From Octopus vulgaris (Eukaryota): a stretch of 64,000 nucleotides of DNA. How positions within the stretch are numbered: the first letter of the stretch is position 1; each line of letters begins with the position of its first letter. Shown piece by piece: positions 57,707 through 64,000 of this stretch. The stretch covers positions 107,632,001-107,696,000 of the forward strand of contig OX597818.1 of the NCBI GenBank assembly GCA_951406725.2. Direction: 5' to 3'. Both the position numbers and the translations under genes were made by a program. Under the pieces are notes generated by a model, which worked only from the letters and a program-made list of their open reading frames with translations, ran no database searches and had not been told where the DNA came from.

Positions 57707-57909
57707 TGTGGCCTGATCAATAAGTGCGACGTTCACACGCTACACACCTTCCTTCCAAACACTACTGAAAACAGCGGAAGTGAGCGAGAACGTTAAAACT
57801 TAGTGCACATGCACAGCAGAGGTCAAGGTCAATCTGTGCCGAATGGTTTCACTCTGCGTACTTCAGCTTCGTTACTAAGAAAGTTCGAATATTTATTGAT
57901 CAGACCTCG
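57707..57909. mobile_element. Mariner-type MITE (~200 bp)
   Basis: TIRs tgtggcctgatcaataagt and reverse complement cgaggtctgatcaataaat, TA on both sides. Confidence 0.7.
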
Positions 57910-59249
57910 TATAGATTAAAATAAAATCTATTTTTCCTAGAGAGAAATGGTACTGAAAACGTACTGCACACGTGAAGAAATAGTTTAAAGCTTCGTCAGG
58001 CAGGTATATGAGATAGAATTTGAATTTATCAAACTTTCTCTGTGTGTGTGTATTTAGATAGATAGATCGATCGATAGATAGATGTGTATGTATGCATATG
58101 TGTCTATGTTTACACACACTGGCGACAATAAATTCACACCAAGTTAACAGACTGTGGAATCTCGTAAAATTCAAATTTCTCACATTTTCTATAGAGCTGT
58201 CGCTAGAGAGTGACTCAATACATATATTTTAATCTATACAGTGCTTTTTCAGAAACAATTTGTGTCCCAGTATGAAAAGTATATATTACAGTTTAATATA
58301 TATGCCTCGAAACGTTTTTTCATTCAGTTAAGTCGATATTATTTCGAGTTAAATAGCACCGAATTATGTTCTTTGTGTGCTCTAGACATCTTTGAAGACG
58401 TGTTCCTCACTCTTGATTTCCTCTCCACCCCTCTCTCTGTATTGACAGGTCTTCATAAATTTTGAGGAATTTGAATATTATGAGGTTTAACAGTCAATAA
58501 ATGCTATTTCATTATACTACTGTGAGTATATACACACTTCAATTCTATTTCATTTTTCTCACTGACAAAACTCTGGGCTGTATGTCTATGAAGTACACCA
58601 CATTTGTAAAAAGAATTTCTACACTTGTATGAAAATATAAATTCATTTTACTATATTTCCATTGAAATATCTACTCATGTGCATAAATATATGTGTGCAT
58701 CTAACGATATGATGATGAACCAGAGTCAACAAAATAAATAGAAGTCGAAGTTGGCCTTCATCATACTTTTATTGTTACTTTAGAAAAACCAGTCACGACG
58801 GCCCGTTAGAGTCAAGAAAAGAAGTGTAGAAAAACAGCATTCATTTTACAATATCATGCAGGTGTTTTATATATAAACTCTTTCGTTTCCCTCTCTTATT
58901 CTTTTACCTCCTTTTCTTCTACTATTCTATCCTAATACTCTGTCACTCTGTCTCCCTCACTCCTCCTCCCTTGCTCACGTGGCTCCCGCATGAACATCGG
59001 TCATCTTTCTTCTCCTAACTTGTGTTTCTTTCTCTCCGTTGTAGCTGGAACAAGAAAGACGTGTTCTTGTCTGTCTCCTGTCCAAGCTTGATTTACGCGT
59101 TCGCCACCACAACCTCGTTTTGGCTCAGCAGCCTTCCTGTTTGTCTTCACTGTCCTGTTTGTGTTACCAATTTTGACTCTCCACAAAATCCCAAATTTTA
59201 TTTAATTTGCTTAGCGGGAGCAACTGTTTTATCGAAAGCATATATTGTT

Positions 59250-59428
59250 GTTAAATGCTCGAAAAACGAGACTAGAGAAACAGCCAACAACTGATGAAGG
59301 GTCGTTCTTTATCTTGTTTGTCTTGTTTTCCATTGGTGTCTTTCGTTGTTCAAAAAATAGTTCATATTCCATGTACTCGTACTTCGTTTTTTTTGTTGTT
59401 GTACACGTTTCATGACATCCTGTACCCA
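59250..59428 (+). mobile_element. Short TA-associated element (family of 49712-49875)
   Basis: Shared blocks as listed for 49712-49875. Confidence 0.7.
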
Positions 59429-59432
59429 CATA

Positions 59433-59497
<65 letters not shown>

Positions 59498-59575
59498 GTA
59501 TATATATATATATACGTATAGATGTAAGTATGTGCATATACGTATGTATATATGCATATATATATATATATCATT

Positions 59576-59616
<41 letters not shown>

Positions 59617-59621
<5 letters not shown>

Positions 59622-59896
59622 GTTACATTACTCGGTAGTCAAGATAAAACTCTGAGTTTCAGATGCCGAAGTGGAAATCCACAACACCATCTCTTCGGTT
59701 ATCTGGCTATTTGAAAACGTTATGAAAAAAAAAAAAAAAAAAACCGAAGAGATGGTGTTGTGGATTTCCACTTCGGCATCTGAAACTCAGAGTTTTATCT
59801 TGACTACCGAGTAATGTAATATATTGTATAGATAAATTTCCTCTATTTACATAATATTGAGGTCTCTTTCTTTCTTTTGTTATCTTACCGTTTTAT

Positions 59897-59900
<4 letters not shown>
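59617..59900. mobile_element. Fold-back element in (TA)n with 78-bp perfect arms, A19 in the spacer and hammerhead folds
   Basis: 59623-59700 is the reverse complement of 59742-59819. The right arm continues into sequence shared with 388-495. Confidence 0.9.
59643..59703 (-). ncRNA. Type I hammerhead fold with CCGAAGA core (U4C variant)
   Basis: Minus strand: gataa CCGAAGA gatg..gtgga/tccac..catc t GAAA ctc a gag TT ttatc. Stems I, II and III all pair. Confidence 0.65.
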
Positions 59901-59930
<30 letters not shown>

Positions 59931-60039
59931 GAGGATTTTCCCTGTGGTGATGAATTTTGCTATTGGAGTGGCTAGCTAGTGTTAACGTAGGTATTTTGCT
60001 GATAGTCTGGTTGTCAAAACAGAATCCGCTGGAATTATT

Positions 60040-60480
60040 CGCATGAGAGAAGAATTTCGTTTGTCGTCATGCTTCATTGCCCACAAGGCCATCAGCTTCT
60101 ATTGTCTTTATTGTCAAAAGCATCTTGCCTTTCGGACTGCTGAGCAGTCATTAACTCGTTGCTTATTGAACGACTCACCAGTTGCAGTTTGTCTGTATTA
60201 TATTACCAATTCTTGGTTGCCAATGACAAATTTGATTGGACACATCTGGGTTGACGTCACATCTGCGACTTGTTTTGATCAGCTTCCAAGAATTACCACA
60301 TATTTACGAAGAAAACAATTGGTCAAAATTTGCCAACATCCTTCAAAGAATTTGCGGGTCAGTTGATGGGTTTCATTAGTTAAGCTTTTCATGAAGTCAT
60401 CATCAGTTTGAAAAATCTTGCTTCGTTGTTTACTAAATTCTTCTAACTCAAAAAGAATCCGAATTCAATTTGAGGCAGAA
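60040..60480 (-). pseudogene. Possible decayed DNA-transposase C-terminus (hATm-like)
   Basis: Remnants TRKFFE..IL..FL and RVNDCSA..R resemble the T.KFF..FL..W..VVND.AER region. Many stops. Confidence 0.3.
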
Positions 60481-60821
60481 ACGTGTATGCGTGAGTTTGG
60501 GTGTATGGGTAATACATGTATATTATATAATATACATACATATATATATATATATATTATTCAAAGGAATTCCAACTCTGTTTTTTATGTTTTATTTATA
60601 TTCTTTATAATATTAATGTAGAATATAGAATATATAGTATAAATAATATATATATAGTAAAATGAAATGAAGTATTGATTGTCTTATTGAATAGATGAAA
60701 AATTGAATATCAAATATTAAGGGACTAGTATACTTTCTTGCATTATAGCAGTCTTTAAGGTCCCAGGTTGTGACAGGAGTGTTTCTACATATATATATAT
60801 ATATATGTGTGTGTGTGTATG

Positions 60822-60860
<39 letters not shown>

Positions 60861-60895
60861 AATGTTTCTATGTGTATGTAGGTATGTATAAACGG

Positions 60896-61465
60896 ATGAC
60901 TTGTTAGAACACCGAATAGTACGTTCTTAGCCTCGAGAGATCCTTGGTGCATAAAAGCATCCGCGTACGTCGTGGCGCCGGAATCCCCATATCACGTGAT
61001 TTCATTCTACTAGAAATCAGCAGCGGGAAGCGTCTGGTTACAAGTTGCTTGTCACATCTCGTTGCAATGACATATAGAATACCAGTATCTTTTCAGACAT
61101 TGACGTCAGGAATAGTCAGCGAACGTATCAAAAATTAATCATGAGCGACCGAAACTGTTTTAACACCAATAGGTAATCTTTGAGTCCAACTTAGCATGGA
61201 TGCCTTGATAGAACACCGAATCCTGCGTTATTATCCTTGAGAGATCCTCTCATCATACAAGCGCTTGGCGCATAAAAGCACACCCATAGATCGTGGCAGA
61301 CAAGAATCGTCTGTCATAGGCGCTGGAATTCACACATCGTGTGATTTCCTTCTATTGCAGATCATCAACAACAAGCGCTTGTATGAGAGGATCCTTCAAA
61401 ACTAATAACGCAGTATTCGGTGTTTTAACAAGGATTCTGTGTTAATTGGACATAAAGGTTACCTT
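60896..61465. repeat. ~300-bp tandem duplication plus ~92-bp inverted arm (pLTR-like layout)
   Basis: tagaacaccgaat...gagagatcct...gcataaaagca at ~60905 and ~61209. 61170-61266 is the inverse of 61373-61464. Confidence 0.75.
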
Positions 61466-62339
61466 TAAGGCATTAATATTGCTTCCGCAACTAATAACTA
61501 ATATACACGCACCTCCCATACCACACGCACACATGCACACACACACACACACGCGCACACATGCACATATATAGAGCAATTTCATTTGGATGTTAATCCT
61601 GGAGTTCACCATATAAAGCTCATCTACGGTTGCGGGTTATCAAACAGGTGATAATTCACTTGCCTGAAAATTCACAAAAATCATAAGAGTCTCTACAAAG
61701 AAAATGCAGTGAGCAATGGTGAGCATTATCCTATTATTATGCAATAACATATGCAACCAGCGATGCATTGGGTGTCCTAGACGCAAAATTAAAGATGGAT
61801 TCTTAGGAATCGCGTAAAAGATTATTTAGCGTTAATATTTGAGTTAACGAATTTACCTCTTTATCGATTTGGGCGAGTTTAAATGATTATATTTAAATAT
61901 TTACAAGCCAAGCAAAATAAAACAAACCCTGGTTTGAATTGACTGTTCAGGAAGATGGACAAATCGAAAAAAGAAAGATTAAAAACATACAAAAAAATTG
62001 AGTTTTGCGTTGCAACAACAGAATAGTTTATATTCTTGTCAACAGTTTCAGTTTCTGAGTTAAAAATCCTTTTAGTCTGGGGTCTTTTTGTTTGCTACCA
62101 AAAACTGGTATCATAGGGGTTAGAATATATGCACCACAGAATCCAACGGTCATACGTACACACGCACCCGCACGTGTAGACTCGGGCAGGTAAAGAAGAT
62201 AGCTATTTCATTCATACTTAGTGGATGTCCTAGTTATTAACAATGAAATAATTCAGATTAAGCAAGGAACCCTGAGTAGGGAGACTGACATTTCTTGTGT
62301 TTATATGCAGAGAGGAAAAATAATACAAAGAACATTATT

Positions 62340-63780
62340 CCCCTTCCAACATTCATACGAATTGAGTCAAATTTCCATACACATTATATGCTTCGTTATA
62401 AACAGGTTTTCAATATCCTGCTACACCGGCGAGTACTTACATAAAGATACCAAAATATCCACACATTAAACAGATCATTATAGAGGTCCGTTTAGAAATT
62501 CTCGCAAAATGGGTTTCGGATAGTAACATCAACGATTATAAATCCTCTGAGTATTTTGTTTTGTATTTCTTGAATGTTTTTCCGAACCTATTGTGGCATC
62601 TTATAACAAGTTCCTAATGCTTGTCTATCAAGTTCTCTTGAGATAATACGCAACACCTCTTGTTAATTATGGTTGTATAACTTAGAATTCCCGTCATATG
62701 GATATGAATTCCTTACCTTAGACACGGAAATGCTGTATAGGATCGTCATTTCCGTCAAATACTAGATAAGGTTAACCAAAGAAGTGTTATGTCTCTTGTT
62801 TCTATCACGAAAGGACACAATGTAGTAATGCCATTGATTTTTGAAAAGGTCAGCCATATATCCATATGTGTCATTCCTTCTGTCTGTGCAGAGCATTTTC
62901 TATACACTGTTTTTACGAAGCCAATCGTTATTCAAAAGACACGTGTTTCTATTCCCGGAATTACATCTTTTAACGTTCTTAATAGTCTAATCACTATTCG
63001 TGCCACTAAATCCGTTCTTATAATTACTCAAATTGCCACTTCTTTTGCTTTTATTGTTATTGTTGTTGTTGCTGCTGTTAATCATATTATTACTACCTAT
63101 ATTGTCATTGTTGTAAATAATTATTTGATTGATATTTCTGTCATTATTAGGATCATCAACACAATCACTACTCTTTGTGGTATTATTTCTATGTTCCATC
63201 GTGGATACAATCGGTGTCTTTATTGCTTCATCTCTACCAGAATATTACTTGTGTCTGTGTCATCAATATTACTCAATCCATTCACACTCTTTTAGTTTGT
63301 CTCTATATTTGCACTAACACTAAACTTATTACATTTATTATTGTTTATCTGGTTAAGCTTCCTACTATTTAGTTGGAAATATAGTATTCCAAGTTACAAG
63401 ATGCTGCGTATGATAGTTTCAATGATTATCACTGGACTTTGGGTAATGCTTGGCCAATTCCTCGAAAAATTCTTAAGCGAATTTAGATGAAACATGGAGC
63501 CAAAATACGTTATTATGCCACAATATTATCTTTTTTCCAAAATATCATTATAGGGATCATTGCTGTGTTTATAACATCGATACTTATTTATTGTAGAATT
63601 CCCATTTAGTTGCTTTCCTCAGAGTTTCCTCAGAACGTAATCATAAACGTTGGATTCTGTGGTAAATACTTCTAACCAATTTATGGCTGACTGTCATAAG
63701 GTGGCAAACAAAAACGCTTCGGAGTATCTCTAAGACAGAAACTTTTCTTTGCCTGTATGATTATATTTGAAACGAACTTA
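62340..63780 (-). mobile_element. Decayed Penelope-like retroelement (RT thumb, linker, GIY-YIG), Naiad-type architecture
   Basis: Minus strand: KKIILWHN..VSSKFA*EFFEELAKHYPKS (cf. IIWFNPP..FL.LLDKHFP), CNSGNRNTCLLNNDW..SV*, FKNQW..SFR..NTSL..I*YL, YPYDGNSKL, ELVIRCH. Hammerhead relic at ~62360-62405. Confidence 0.8.
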
Positions 63781-64000
63781 GTGTGAAGTGTGAATATCCT
63801 CGTGCACTTTTGGGGTGCACAAAGCAATCACTCACTAGCCGTTACTTAATAATCCAGAATCTCTACTAGTCAGAAACAAACAGGACGCAGACGTAAAATA
63901 TACATATAACTACTTTATTCTCTTTCTTGGTAAACAATAACAATACGTGTGTTATCTGATGTCCTTGATTCTGGGCGCGCAAGGCTGAAAGTTAATAGAT

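Noticed and set aside
62789-63295. 168-aa hydrophobic plus-strand ORF
   Set aside because: Antisense shadow of the Asn-rich linker and GIY-YIG region of the minus-strand Penelope-like element.

Overview
AT-rich, microsatellite-saturated animal genomic DNA. The SINE, RTE-tail and mariner families look like those of Octopus (my recognition, not a database search). I found no intact protein-coding gene. Almost all ORFs in the track are artefacts of (TA)n, (CA)n, (TATG)n or triplet repeats. The window is a transposon graveyard: two full-length decayed mariners with TIRs, mariner fragments and MITEs, a Tigger/pogo remnant, RTE and R4/Dong-type LINE fragments, several tRNA-derived SINE families (some with target-site duplications), and a decayed Penelope-like element (PLE) with a GIY-YIG domain. 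The most notable signal is a set of short non-coding elements from several unrelated sequence families. They sit in or next to microsatellites, mostly (TA)n, carry type I hammerhead-ribozyme folds (some with non-canonical cores), and often form fold-back or circularly permuted structures (40566-41361, 42383-42960, 59617-59900, 56343-57241, 18743-18823, 9109-9154). This fits retrozyme-like or PLE-pLTR-derived elements. CpG density also appears to rise near 42 kb, suggesting a methylation-domain boundary.
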